Assembly: GCA_002469545.1 (NCBI GenBank)
Contig: DKMK01000105.1
Location: 1 to 35,455 of the forward strand
DNA from: Rhodobacterales bacterium UBA7416
Lineage (GTDB): Bacteria; Pseudomonadota; Alphaproteobacteria; Rhodobacterales; Rhodobacteraceae
Length of the DNA: 35,455 bases
Reading direction: 5' to 3'
The notes beneath the pieces were generated by a model, which saw only the letters and a program-made list of their open reading frames with translations, was not told the DNA's origin and did not search any database. Shown one piece after another: positions 1 through 9,263 of the stretch; positions within the stretch are counted from its first letter, which is position 1, and each line of letters starts with the position of its first letter. The translations under genes and the position numbers were made by a program.

Positions 1-824
1 ACGATCACTTTGGAATCTTTCATGCCAGCCAAGTGTTGGATGGCGCCAGAGATGCCGCAGGCGATGTATAGGTCAGGGGCAACAACTTTGCCTGTTTGAC
101 CCACTTGCCAATCATTCGGTGCGTAGCCTGAATCCACGGCCGCGCGTGATGCGCCGACTGCGGCGTTCAATTTGTCGGCCAATGCTTCGATGATTTTGAA
201 GCTTTCTTCGGAACCAACGCCACGGCCACCTGATACAACGATTTTCGCTGATGTCAGTTCTGGACGATCTGATGTTTGAACCTTGTCTTCAACCCATTCG
301 GAAAGACCCGGGTTTGCAACAGCTGCGATTGATTCCACAGATGCAGAACCTGTTTCACCAGCCGCGTCAAAACCAGCAGTCCGCACAGAAAGAACTTTCT
401 TAGCGTCGCTTGATTTAACGGTTTGGATTGCGTTACCCGCGTAGATTGGGCGTTCAAACGTGTCGGCGTCAACAACGCCTGTTACGTCTGTGATCACCAT
501 GGCGTCCAACAATGCTGCCACGCGTGGCAGGATGTTTTTTGCGCTTGATGTGGCAGGGGCCGCGATGTGATCGTAATCACCAGCCAATGACACGATCAGA
601 TCAGCCGTTGGTTCAGCCAATCCGTTGCCGTATGCGGCATCGTCTGCACAAAGTACCTTGGCAACACCGTCTAGTGTAGCAGCGGCCTTAGCGGCATCGC
701 CACATCCAGCAGATGCACAAAGAACAGTTACATCACCCAAACCAGCAACAGCATTCAATGCTTTGCCTGTTTGGTCCATTGAGATTTCGCCACCAATGAT
801 TTCTGCTAATAGTAATACAGCCAT
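1..824 (-). CDS. etfA: Electron transfer flavoprotein alpha subunit (3' end outside the window)
   Basis: Not in the ORF track; translated by hand from ATG 824: [12 protein letters not shown]...[11 protein letters not shown]...[12 protein letters not shown]...[37 protein letters not shown] overlap with the etfB stop. Confidence 0.97.
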   Translation of the reverse strand, partial: MAVLLLAEIIGGEISMDQTGKALNAVAGLGDVTVLCASAGCGDAAKAAATLDGVAKVLCADDAAYGNGLAEPTADLIVSLAGDYDHIAAPATSSAKNILPRVAALLDAMVITDVTGVVDADTFERPIYAGNAIQTVKSSDAKKVLSVRTAGFDAAGETGSASVESIAAVANPGLSEWVEDKVQTSDRPELTSAKIVVSGGRGVGSEESFKIIEALADKLNAAVGASRAAVDSGYAPNDWQVGQTGKVVAPDLYIACGISGAIQHLAGMKDSKVI

Positions 825-1585
825 TAGATTACTCCTGCTTCGTCTTTAAGTTTCGCGATCAATTCAGCAACATCAGCCACTTTAACGCCAGCGGCGCGCT
901 CAGCAGGTTCTGTTGTTGAAACAACAGTCAAACGAGGTGTTACATCAACGCCCAGATCAGCGGCGGATTTGATATCCATCGGCTTTTTCTTGGCTTTCAT
1001 AATGTTTGGCAATGATGCGTAACGTGGTTCGTTCAAACGCAAATCAACAGTTACGATCGCTGGCATTTTCACCTTGATCGTTTGAAGACCGCCGTCGACT
1101 TCGCGTGTTACTGTTGCGCTGTCACCGTCAACTTCTAATTCAGATGCATATGTTGCTTGTGACCAACCCAGAAGGGCTGACAACATTTGGCCAGTGGCGT
1201 TCATGTCGTTATCGATTGCTTGTTTACCCGCAAGAACCAAACCTGGTTGTTCTTCGTCGATCACTGCTTTTAGCAATTTTGCAACTGCCAACGGTTCGAT
1301 GTCGTTGTGAACGTCATCAGTTGCTTCGATCAGGATTGCGCGGTCTGCGCCCATAGCCAATGCTGTACGCAATGTCTCTTGGGACTGTTTCACACCGATG
1401 GATACAGCGACGATTTCATCAGCTTTACCAGCTTCTTTCAGGCGAATCGCTTGTTCTACTGCGATTTCGTCGAATGGGTTCATCGACATTTTAACATTGG
1501 CGAGATCAACACCGCTTCCGTCCGCTTTTACGCGTACTTTCACGTTATAATCAATCACGCGTTTGACAGGTACTAAAACCTTCAT
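824..1585 (-). CDS. etfB: Electron transfer flavoprotein beta subunit
   Basis: [45 protein letters not shown]; GGAG Shine-Dalgarno upstream. Confidence 0.98.
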   Translation of the reverse strand: MKVLVPVKRVIDYNVKVRVKADGSGVDLANVKMSMNPFDEIAVEQAIRLKEAGKADEIVAVSIGVKQSQETLRTALAMGADRAILIEATDDVHNDIEPLAVAKLLKAVIDEEQPGLVLAGKQAIDNDMNATGQMLSALLGWSQATYASELEVDGDSATVTREVDGGLQTIKVKMPAIVTVDLRLNEPRYASLPNIMKAKKKPMDIKSAADLGVDVTPRLTVVSTTEPAERAAGVKVADVAELIAKLKDEAGVI

Positions 1586-1773
1586 TTGCGTTCTCCTAGA
1601 TATGCGGGGGATTGACCCGCGGGAATTCCTATGATTCTTGTAACTGTCTTATAAACCTCCGAAAAGTGTAAAGTAGACAGTTTATATGCTTAATACGCCG
1701 CGTCAGTGCAAAAGTTCCATGCATTTTCGCAATCAAGATTTTTTTCTGTTTTTTGAAAACGACTTTTCAGAAA

Positions 1774-2346
1774 CTATCTGTTTGCACCGGGCACCCAAAG
1801 TACATCATCGGCGCCGTTGTCGTTGGCAACACGGCCCGCGACGAAGAACCAATCTGAGAGACGGTTTAGGTATTTAACGGCGTCAGGATTTACGTCTTCG
1901 ACGCCAGCCAAATCGACACACAAGCGTTCTGCGCGCCGCGATACTGTACGGCACAGATGCATGTGTGCGGCCAAGGCTGTTCCACCTGGCAGAATGAAAC
2001 TTTTCAATGTGGAAAGGTTGGCATTCATCGTGTCGATTTCAGATTCTAAGCGATCCACTTGGGACGCGACGATGCGCAATGGTGGATATTCGGAATCAGC
2101 GTCCTTGGCCATGTTCGGGCGGCAAAGATCAGCGCCCAGATCAAACAAGTCATTTTGGATCATGGCCAGCGCCGCATCCATGTCGTCTGTTGCATGTAAA
2201 CGCGCCAAACCGACCGTGGCGTTGGTTTCATCCACTGTACCGTAGGCGTTAACGCGTGTGGATTGTTTGCCAACGCGTTCGCCGTTACCCAGTGCGGTTT
2301 GCCCAGCGTCACCTGTACGTGTGTAGATTTTGTTTAGTGTGACCAT
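1774..2346 (-). CDS. ATP:cob(I)alamin adenosyltransferase, PduO type
   Basis: KIYTRTGDAGQT, AYGTVDE, FILPGG, RTVSRRAER and YLNRLSD motifs. Confidence 0.95.
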   Translation of the reverse strand: MVTLNKIYTRTGDAGQTALGNGERVGKQSTRVNAYGTVDETNATVGLARLHATDDMDAALAMIQNDLFDLGADLCRPNMAKDADSEYPPLRIVASQVDRLESEIDTMNANLSTLKSFILPGGTALAAHMHLCRTVSRRAERLCVDLAGVEDVNPDAVKYLNRLSDWFFVAGRVANDNGADDVLWVPGANR

Positions 2347-2350
2347 CGAT

Positions 2351-2545
2351 TTAGCCCCCGCGCAATGCGATGAACAACAAAATCAAAACGATGGCTACGG
2401 CCTGTAGGCCGATCCGCCAGCGCATCAATTTGTTGGCATATTTTTTGTTGAATTCACCGCCTGTGGCAAATCCACCAAGGCCGATCATCAAAACGATCAC
2501 TACGGCCAAAATTGCAACGACGACGAGTAAGTATAGCGGGTCCAT
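2351..2545 (-). CDS. HIG1-domain twin-transmembrane small protein
   Basis: Two hydrophobic helices flanking NKLMRWRIGLQ; GGAG SD upstream. Confidence 0.85.
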   Translation of the reverse strand: MDPLYLLVVVAILAVVIVLMIGLGGFATGGEFNKKYANKLMRWRIGLQAVAIVLILLFIALRGG

Positions 2546-2561
2546 ATCAATGGCTCCTTTG

Positions 2562-3395
2562 TTAGAGTCGGCTTAGTATTCTGTCCAATGCGCGCGTGGT
2601 CAACAGGCGTTTCAGCACACCAACGACGTGAGTTGGAATGGTCACGTAATAACGCGGACGGGGACGACGAGATTCCAATGCATGGATCAACTTTTTAGTG
2701 ACAGCTGATGGCGGGAGTTCACCGGGGTCTGGATCACCTGCCTGTGCATAAAGGCGAGGCATGAATGCTTTTTCGTAATACGATTTGCGCGGTGAGTTTT
2801 TCCAGTCGATCCAGCGTTCGAAATGTGGCTGTGATTTTTTGCGAATGTCTGTGGTAATCGGACCCGGTTCAATCAAGATGATATCGATGGGCTGTGCGCG
2901 CAGTTCCATTCGTAAGGTATCGGTCAAACCTTCCATCGCGAATTTCGTAGCATTATATGCACCACGTGCGCGTAATGCGCCGATCCCTAAAACGGATGAA
3001 CAGTTGATAACACGGCCATGCCCCTGCGCCAGCATAGTTGGCAACAGTTGGTTGATAAGGTCAAAGTAGCCAAATAAATTGGCCTCGAATATTGCCCGAA
3101 ATGCGTCACGCGGAACGTCTTGGACCAAACCTGGAATGCCGTAAGCGCCGTTGTTGTAAAGGGCATCTAATGTACCGCCTGTACGCTTAAGGGTTTCTGC
3201 AACAGCGGATTTTATTGATGCTTCGTCTTCGTAATCAAGGGGGAAACTTTCTAAACCTTCGCCGATCAGGCGATCACAATCGGATTGTGCGCGACAGGTT
3301 GCAAAAACGCGCCATCCACGTTTTGCAAGCGTATGAGCCGCGTCATATCCGATGCCAGAAGAACATCCAGTAATGAGTATCGATTTTTGTGTCAT
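2562..3395 (-). CDS. Short-chain dehydrogenase/reductase
   Basis: TGCSSGIG, NNGAYG and catalytic YNATK. Start at MTQK (3395) preferred over 3410. Confidence 0.92.
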   Translation of the reverse strand: MTQKSILITGCSSGIGYDAAHTLAKRGWRVFATCRAQSDCDRLIGEGLESFPLDYEDEASIKSAVAETLKRTGGTLDALYNNGAYGIPGLVQDVPRDAFRAIFEANLFGYFDLINQLLPTMLAQGHGRVINCSSVLGIGALRARGAYNATKFAMEGLTDTLRMELRAQPIDIILIEPGPITTDIRKKSQPHFERWIDWKNSPRKSYYEKAFMPRLYAQAGDPDPGELPPSAVTKKLIHALESRRPRPRYYVTIPTHVVGVLKRLLTTRALDRILSRL

Positions 3396-3450
3396 TTTGT
3401 GCATTCCCATTTGGACGCACTAAACCCTGTGCGAGATAGGAATAAAAGCA

Positions 3451-3478
3451 AAAACGGGCGCTACGTTGCGCCCGTTTT
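3451..3478 (-). terminator. Intrinsic terminator after the 472-aa heme protein gene
   Basis: AAAACGGGCGC-tacgtt-GCGCCCGTTTT perfect inverted repeat, ~15 nt past the stop at 3494. Confidence 0.85.
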
Positions 3479-3493
3479 AAGTGTTTTTGTATT

Positions 3494-4912
3494 TTATTCG
3501 AAAACGGAGCCGCGCGTAACGGCGTTGACGTTGTTGTCGGTCCAATATTGCACAGCATATTTGCCGTCTTGGGATTGCGAACGCCATTCCACATAGTTCT
3601 GTATGGACTTCAACATTTGCATAGAAAAGTCGGTGGACACTGCGCGACCGGGATCAAATGCTTCGCCGTCTTTGAAGTTACGGAAATACCGCATCCATTC
3701 TTCGTCCGCTTTTTCGCCATTTTGGGGCATTTCAGCAGGGTTGAACGTTAGCATAATAGGCGACACAGCGGGGTATTGTCCCGTTGAGTGGCAAGACATA
3801 CAGCTGGAACCCGGATTATCAGCAGGTCCATCCAAACGACCAGCCCAGCCAAGGTGTTGTGCTGGCAAATCAGGCGAAGGATTGATAACCGTTTGTGTCA
3901 GTGTTTTGTTAAAGAACGTCGGGCTGTCAACGCTGGGCGTTTCGTTCAGATAGCCGATGTTGTTATCAGGATCGTTGCCCCACATGACGCCAACCGGCAC
4001 CAAGTTGCACCATTTTTTCCCATCGCCAGCATATTGTTCACAGGCTGCTGAGTAATCATGTTTCGCGGGCAAATTACCGTTATAGGCAAACGTACCAAAG
4101 ACCCAGCCCGCAGAATCAACTGCGCGGCTATCTTTGACCATAATGTCCATTTGCAGCAGGTTGATTTTCTGCGTTGAACGGGTCTTATCTGTTGAGCATT
4201 TAAGGTACGAAGGAGATGAAGGTACATCGCAATTGTACATGTAGGCATTCCACTGCAGTGGGTTCGTTAAATATCCAACCTGTGTATCGTCCAGCACTGT
4301 GAACAAAAATTTACCCACGATCGTGCCTTCTGGGAAACCTTCGCCAGCGATCAGGCTGCTTAAATCGGGACCTTGATCAGCACTTGGCCATACTTTGCCA
4401 AAAGTCAGACCACCCGGGCCGTTATAGAAACCAACCGCATAAGCATAAGAGGAGTCTGTTTGTGTCTTATCCAAAACGTTCGCCGATAGCGGGCCTTCGC
4501 GGGTTAAACCATGATAACCTTCGCGGCCCAATGATCCCCAATGTTGCCAAGGTGCATGATACCAATCACGATTATTCGTATTCAGGTGTAGATCGAAGTC
4601 ACGCTCAACGTCACCACCGCGAATGTTGCCTTCGAAAATGTAATCACGTACGGCGACCGCATAGTTGATGGAATCACCCATGAAATCCATTTGTAAGATG
4701 TCTTGAGCGCCTTGATCCAAGGCAGGCATTGTCGTTGGATATTGATCTGCAAGGACAAAAACAGGGCCGGTATATTGCCCATCTCCTGTTCCCGGATCTT
4801 CCATATAGCCAAAATCTGGAAAACCAATGATTGGCTCTACTTGAAAATTCTGCGCAACTGCCGCGCTGGTCAACATTGTACATGTCACACCAATTGAAAT
4901 TAGACGTTTCAT
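3494..4912 (-). CDS. Secreted monoheme c-type cytochrome with cytochrome P460/c'-beta-like motifs
   Basis: Signal peptide (...SAAVA|Q), single CMSCH at 3788-3802, FPEGTIVGK and MVKDSR...GWVFGTF motifs; own SD and terminator. Confidence 0.7.
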   Translation of the reverse strand: MKRLISIGVTCTMLTSAAVAQNFQVEPIIGFPDFGYMEDPGTGDGQYTGPVFVLADQYPTTMPALDQGAQDILQMDFMGDSINYAVAVRDYIFEGNIRGGDVERDFDLHLNTNNRDWYHAPWQHWGSLGREGYHGLTREGPLSANVLDKTQTDSSYAYAVGFYNGPGGLTFGKVWPSADQGPDLSSLIAGEGFPEGTIVGKFLFTVLDDTQVGYLTNPLQWNAYMYNCDVPSSPSYLKCSTDKTRSTQKINLLQMDIMVKDSRAVDSAGWVFGTFAYNGNLPAKHDYSAACEQYAGDGKKWCNLVPVGVMWGNDPDNNIGYLNETPSVDSPTFFNKTLTQTVINPSPDLPAQHLGWAGRLDGPADNPGSSCMSCHSTGQYPAVSPIMLTFNPAEMPQNGEKADEEWMRYFRNFKDGEAFDPGRAVSTDFSMQMLKSIQNYVEWRSQSQDGKYAVQYWTDNNVNAVTRGSVFE

Positions 4913-5002
4913 TTAATCCCCCAAAAGTTAATACACTTTTAGGTTGTTACTTAATTTTGTTTAAATCAAGAAGAATATTTAGCGAAAGAGTGATAATTAC
5001 TT

Positions 5003-5503
5003 CTATTTAAGCTCACTTGGAATTGCAAAGGCGCGGCAATTGCCGATTCCAAATGTGACCTCATCCCAATTTTTGATATCGAAATCTACAACGGTGGTCG
5101 CCCCTGACGGGTATCCAAAAAAGCGTAGGTGTTCAGGCGATGTTTCGCAAATACGTTCTGCGAACTCGCCGATACCGGGGTTGTGTGCAGTTAACAAAAC
5201 AGTGTCGCCGGTGGCTTTCGACAGGAATGTTAGTATCTGTTCAGGAGAGCTGTGGTACAGGCCACTTTCGTAGCTGACGGGGGCGTTGCAATTCAGGGCG
5301 TCGGCCAGACCGGCCCATGTTTCGATACAGCGCTTTGCTGTGGATGAAAGGACTTGGTCAGGAATGAAATTTTGTTCCAGCAACCAAGCACCGATTAGTT
5401 CGCATCCTTCGCGCCCACGATCGCACAAGCTGCGGTCGTGATCGGTACTGTTCAAGCTATCCCAACTGGATTTCTGGTGACGTGTCAGAATAAGACGTTT
5501 CAT
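5003..5503 (-). CDS. sixA: SixA-type histidine phosphatase
   Basis: LILTRHQKSSW..DHDRSL..RG, SSTAKRC.ET, HNPG. Confidence 0.85.
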   Translation of the reverse strand: MKRLILTRHQKSSWDSLNSTDHDRSLCDRGREGCELIGAWLLEQNFIPDQVLSSTAKRCIETWAGLADALNCNAPVSYESGLYHSSPEQILTFLSKATGDTVLLTAHNPGIGEFAERICETSPEHLRFFGYPSGATTVVDFDIKNWDEVTFGIGNCRAFAIPSELK

Positions 5504-6144
5504 GTTTCCCCTTTGAACGCGCGCATGTGCAACATGTTATGCGATGCTTCGCGTTTTGGTGCAACTGAAACGGGGCAAGATGTGCGAATCTGGCATGCCT
5601 GTGTCATACAAGCCGCGCCTGCCGTGCTGTCCAAATAAGCGTGGCAGGTCGCAACGTCGTAACCGTTTTCTTTTGTGATGGCGGAAACAGGGCAGGCGGT
5701 TAAGCACGGCTGATCTATACATGTTTCACAGGGGGATGGTTTTGTCTGATCTGGCAGGTCAATAATCTGATCAAAGACAAGCGCACCGCGATAGCTGATC
5801 ATCATGCCGTATGTGTCATGCACTAACATGCCCAGTGGCGACGCAAAGGCGCGTCCCGACTGTTTGGCCCAGTCCAAAAATGGTTCGTACGGTGGACCAC
5901 CAAAGGGAAATTTTGGGCGGGCAGACATATCATCGGCCAATGCGGTTATTACCCGCGTTGACCAACGATCAATTGGGTTTGCCAAACCGTCTGCGTTTTC
6001 CGGACTGTCTGTAAAAACGCTCCAAAATGCGGTGCTAGGGCTCAGCAACACCAACGTTTTAACATCTGACGATACAGGGAGAAACGCACCTGAAACAGCC
6101 AAGCCATGTGGCGCGATAGTATCAGAAATCTGATCCAACATCAT
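5500..6144 (-). CDS. 4Fe-4S protein (8 Cys), QueG/CblC-like
   Basis: CETCIDQPCLTACP plus four further Cys. Start at 6144 gives an ATGA overlap with the upstream stop. Confidence 0.8.
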   Translation of the reverse strand: MMLDQISDTIAPHGLAVSGAFLPVSSDVKTLVLLSPSTAFWSVFTDSPENADGLANPIDRWSTRVITALADDMSARPKFPFGGPPYEPFLDWAKQSGRAFASPLGMLVHDTYGMMISYRGALVFDQIIDLPDQTKPSPCETCIDQPCLTACPVSAITKENGYDVATCHAYLDSTAGAACMTQACQIRTSCPVSVAPKREASHNMLHMRAFKGET

Positions 6145-6932
6145 TTTCTGCGAAACGGTAAGAGCAACGACCATGCGATCTTGGTTGGGCGATCATCCTG
6201 CCATTGCAAACCCAGTTTCATATCGGCATGCTCATCACGTGGTTGCGCAATATAGGTACCAAAAATGCGGTCCCAAATCGACAGGGCGAAACCATAGTTT
6301 GTATCGTGTTCATCGCGGTAGATCGAATGGTGGACGCGGTGCATATCGGGGGTGACTAATAATTTGCGCAAAATAGCATCAATGCTTTTGGAAAGCTTTA
6401 GGTTCGCATGATTAAACATGGCTGTACCGTTTAGGATAATTTCGAACGCGACGACGGCAACGGCAGCAGGGCCCAAAAGGTATACCACTGCAATTTTTAA
6501 CAACATGGAATAGGCGATTTCGATGGGGTGAAACCGAACCGCAGATGTGACATCCAAGTCGCGATCAGAGTGATGCACGCGGTGGAAGCGCCACAGAAAT
6601 GGAATTTTATGGCTGAGCAGATGTTGGAACCAAACCACGAAATCCAAGATTAAGACGGTCAGAATGATATCCAGCCACAGCGGTAAATCGATGATGTTGA
6701 ACAGACCCCAACCTTTGGTGTCTGCGTCTATTGCCGCGCCGACAGCCAACAGTGGCATCGCGATGCTCATCACATTCATCGTCAGTGTGTTTAACACCGT
6801 CATTATGCCATTGGTGATCCAACGACCCTGACGTGGGTGCACGCGTTGTTTGCGCGGGAGCAAAAATTCGGCGATGATGAGAACGGCAAGAATGCCCAGA
6901 AAAAAGGTTAGTCTGATGGTTGCTTCGTTCAT
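6141..6932 (-). CDS. Sterol desaturase / fatty acid hydroxylase family membrane enzyme
   Basis: His boxes HLLSH, HRVHH, NH and HRVHH, plus NYG...WDRIFGT. Confidence 0.92.
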   Translation of the reverse strand: MNEATIRLTFFLGILAVLIIAEFLLPRKQRVHPRQGRWITNGIMTVLNTLTMNVMSIAMPLLAVGAAIDADTKGWGLFNIIDLPLWLDIILTVLILDFVVWFQHLLSHKIPFLWRFHRVHHSDRDLDVTSAVRFHPIEIAYSMLLKIAVVYLLGPAAVAVVAFEIILNGTAMFNHANLKLSKSIDAILRKLLVTPDMHRVHHSIYRDEHDTNYGFALSIWDRIFGTYIAQPRDEHADMKLGLQWQDDRPTKIAWSLLLPFRRK

Positions 6933-6941
6933 GTGTGTCCT

Positions 6942-7808
6942 TTAGGCGCGAATCATTGATCCTGCGCCGTGGTCTGTGAAAAGTTCCAACAAACATGCAT
7001 TAGGTGCACGCCCATCCATAATCACAACTGCGCGAACACCAGAATTAATGGCATCCAGCGCGGTTTGTGTTTTGGGAATCATACCACCAGCAATGACGCC
7101 GCTGTCGGTCATGGTATTGACCTGATCGGCCGAAAGGTTCGTTAAAACATCGCCCTCGCCATCTTTGACGCCTTCGACATCGGTCAGTAGCAACAAGCGA
7201 TCCGCTTGAAGCCCGCCTGCAATTGCGCCCGCAGCGGTATCGCCGTTGACGTTAAATGTTTCGCCCTGTTCGCCTGCACCCAGTGGAGCAATGACGGGGA
7301 TGAACCCGTTTTCGATAAGGGAATGAACGACTTCTGCATTTACGGCGATTGGATCACCGACCATGCCCAAACCACCGTCGGCTTGTTTGCAGATCAACAG
7401 ATCGGCGTCTTTGCCGGACAAACCAACCGCTTTGCCGCCTTGACCGTTGATTGCTTGGACGATGGTTTTATTGACCTTGCCAGACAGCACCATTTCAACA
7501 ACTTCGACCGTTTCAGGGGTGCTGATACGTTTGCCGTCTTTGAATTCTGTGGGGATTTCTAGCTTTTCCAGCATTGCATTGATCATAGGGCCGCCGCCGT
7601 GAACTATCACGGGTTTCAGGTTGCATTGGTGCATCAACACGATGTCACGTGCAAAGCTTTGCATGGCCTCATCGCTGGACATAGCATGGCCGCCCAACTT
7701 GATCACAATAATCGAACCGTCGTGACGTTGGATGTGTGGCAATGCTTCTGACAGCATCCGTGCTGTGGAAATAGAATCGCGTTTCATAGCCTGTGATTTC
7801 TCCATCAT
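6942..7808 (-). CDS. argB: Acetylglutamate kinase
   Basis: [39 protein letters not shown]. Confidence 0.97.
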   Translation of the reverse strand: MMEKSQAMKRDSISTARMLSEALPHIQRHDGSIIVIKLGGHAMSSDEAMQSFARDIVLMHQCNLKPVIVHGGGPMINAMLEKLEIPTEFKDGKRISTPETVEVVEMVLSGKVNKTIVQAINGQGGKAVGLSGKDADLLICKQADGGLGMVGDPIAVNAEVVHSLIENGFIPVIAPLGAGEQGETFNVNGDTAAGAIAGGLQADRLLLLTDVEGVKDGEGDVLTNLSADQVNTMTDSGVIAGGMIPKTQTALDAINSGVRAVVIMDGRAPNACLLELFTDHGAGSMIRA

Positions 7809-7866
7809 CCGACCCCCTTTGGTGTTGGGTTGGTTTTAGCGTGGAAAGCGAGGTTCGCCAAGGGGC

Positions 7867-8517
7867 CTAAACCAATGTGCGGATGATATGGCGCAGTGTT
7901 GCGATGCCTTCGCCTTTTTCGGACGATGTCAGGATGAATTCAGGATAAGCGGCAGGGTATTTTGACACAGCTTTGCCCGTGGCTTCGATTACCTTGTCCA
8001 GATCCACCTGCTTCATTTTGTCAGCCTTGGTTAACACGACTTGAAAAGTAACAGCAGAACGGCCCAACAAATCCATGATTTCTTCGTCCACTGGCTTTAC
8101 GCCATGGCGGCTGTCGATCAGCAAGAAAACGCGGCGCAATGATGCACGGCCTGACAAATATGCCTTAAGTAATGCTTGCCATTTTTTCACAACCGGCAGT
8201 GGCGCGTTTGCAAAACCATATCCTGGAACGTCGACCAAATAGTGACTTTCGTCCAGTGTGAAAAAGTTGATCTCTTGGGTGCGCCCTGGTGTGTTAGACG
8301 TACGTGCCAGTGATTTACGACCGGTCAGTGCATTGATCAGGCTGGATTTCCCGACGTTCGAACGTCCTGCAAAGCAGATTTCCATACGATCAGCGGGTGG
8401 CATACCGTCCATGGCAACCACACCTTTAAGAAAGTCGGTTGGTTGCGCAAATAAAAGACGACCTGCTTCGGCCTCTTCTGGGGTGGCATCTGGTGCGATT
8501 GTGTAATGAATTTCCAT
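7867..8517 (-). CDS. engB: GTP-binding protein YihA/EngB
   Basis: GRSNVGKSS, PGRTQ, DVPGYG and TKADK (G1-G4). Confidence 0.96.
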   Translation of the reverse strand: MEIHYTIAPDATPEEAEAGRLLFAQPTDFLKGVVAMDGMPPADRMEICFAGRSNVGKSSLINALTGRKSLARTSNTPGRTQEINFFTLDESHYLVDVPGYGFANAPLPVVKKWQALLKAYLSGRASLRRVFLLIDSRHGVKPVDEEIMDLLGRSAVTFQVVLTKADKMKQVDLDKVIEATGKAVSKYPAAYPEFILTSSEKGEGIATLRHIIRTLV

Positions 8518-9263
8518 TAGATCAGCCTTGCTGTGTCGCCGGTTTTCACGACGCCTGATTTTGTAACGACGCCAAACACGCCAAAATTTTGATGCCCATA
8601 GTGTCCGTTCAACACACCCAGTGTGTCGGCGTCAGAAATACCTGTGTCAGGATTTACGGTTGTGGCCATGCAGCGTTCAACGGGTTCAGTAATCTCAAAT
8701 TCAGCGGTGCCGATACGCACGTGTTTGCCGAGCCATTCAAATTCACCCCATGCGGGCATATCATCCAACCAAATGTTGCCGCGAAACCGGCGCTGTACCA
8801 TTGGTTGCCCGATGGTTTTGGCCAGATCGTCAAGTGACGCATTTGCATAGATTGAAAGTGATTGTGAAGAGCTGTCGGTCATCCCTTGACCGGCCTTAAA
8901 AACGCGCGCGGGCATTGCACGATCTGGATTGCTGATTTTGGCAACCCAATCGACCAATGCAGGGCCGTCTGTGTCTGGGTTCACGATCAACGTGTCTAGT
9001 TTAGGGTGCATCAACGTGATCAGCCCCGTGGCGTCGTCAAATGTTGACGTAACAGCCATCAATTCATATCCACGTGCACCGCGAGCAAAATTGATGCAAC
9101 GCGCCCATTCGGGGTTGTCAAAATCGACCTTGGCCGTTTCATGCGCGATTGCCCAATGGCGATCCATTGGCATGCAGCGACCTGTTTCCAAATTGACGGA
9201 TGCGAGTTCTTCGCATCCGACACCTTTTATTGGGTGACGCCACAAATTTGCGACGGTTCCCAT
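8517..9263 (-). CDS. MOSC domain protein
   Basis: WRHPIKG, DRHWA, RRFRGNI and ERC..T; TAATG coupling on both sides. Confidence 0.92.
   Translation of the reverse strand: MGTVANLWRHPIKGVGCEELASVNLETGRCMPMDRHWAIAHETAKVDFDNPEWARCINFARGARGYELMAVTSTFDDATGLITLMHPKLDTLIVNPDTDGPALVDWVAKISNPDRAMPARVFKAGQGMTDSSSQSLSIYANASLDDLAKTIGQPMVQRRFRGNIWLDDMPAWGEFEWLGKHVRIGTAEFEITEPVERCMATTVNPDTGISDADTLGVLNGHYGHQNFGVFGVVTKSGVVKTGDTARLI

Noticed and set aside
4928-4964. CtrA boxes upstream of the heme protein gene
   Set aside because: Only TTAA-N7-TTAG and TTAA-N6-TTAA in an AT-rich tract, which is expected by chance.
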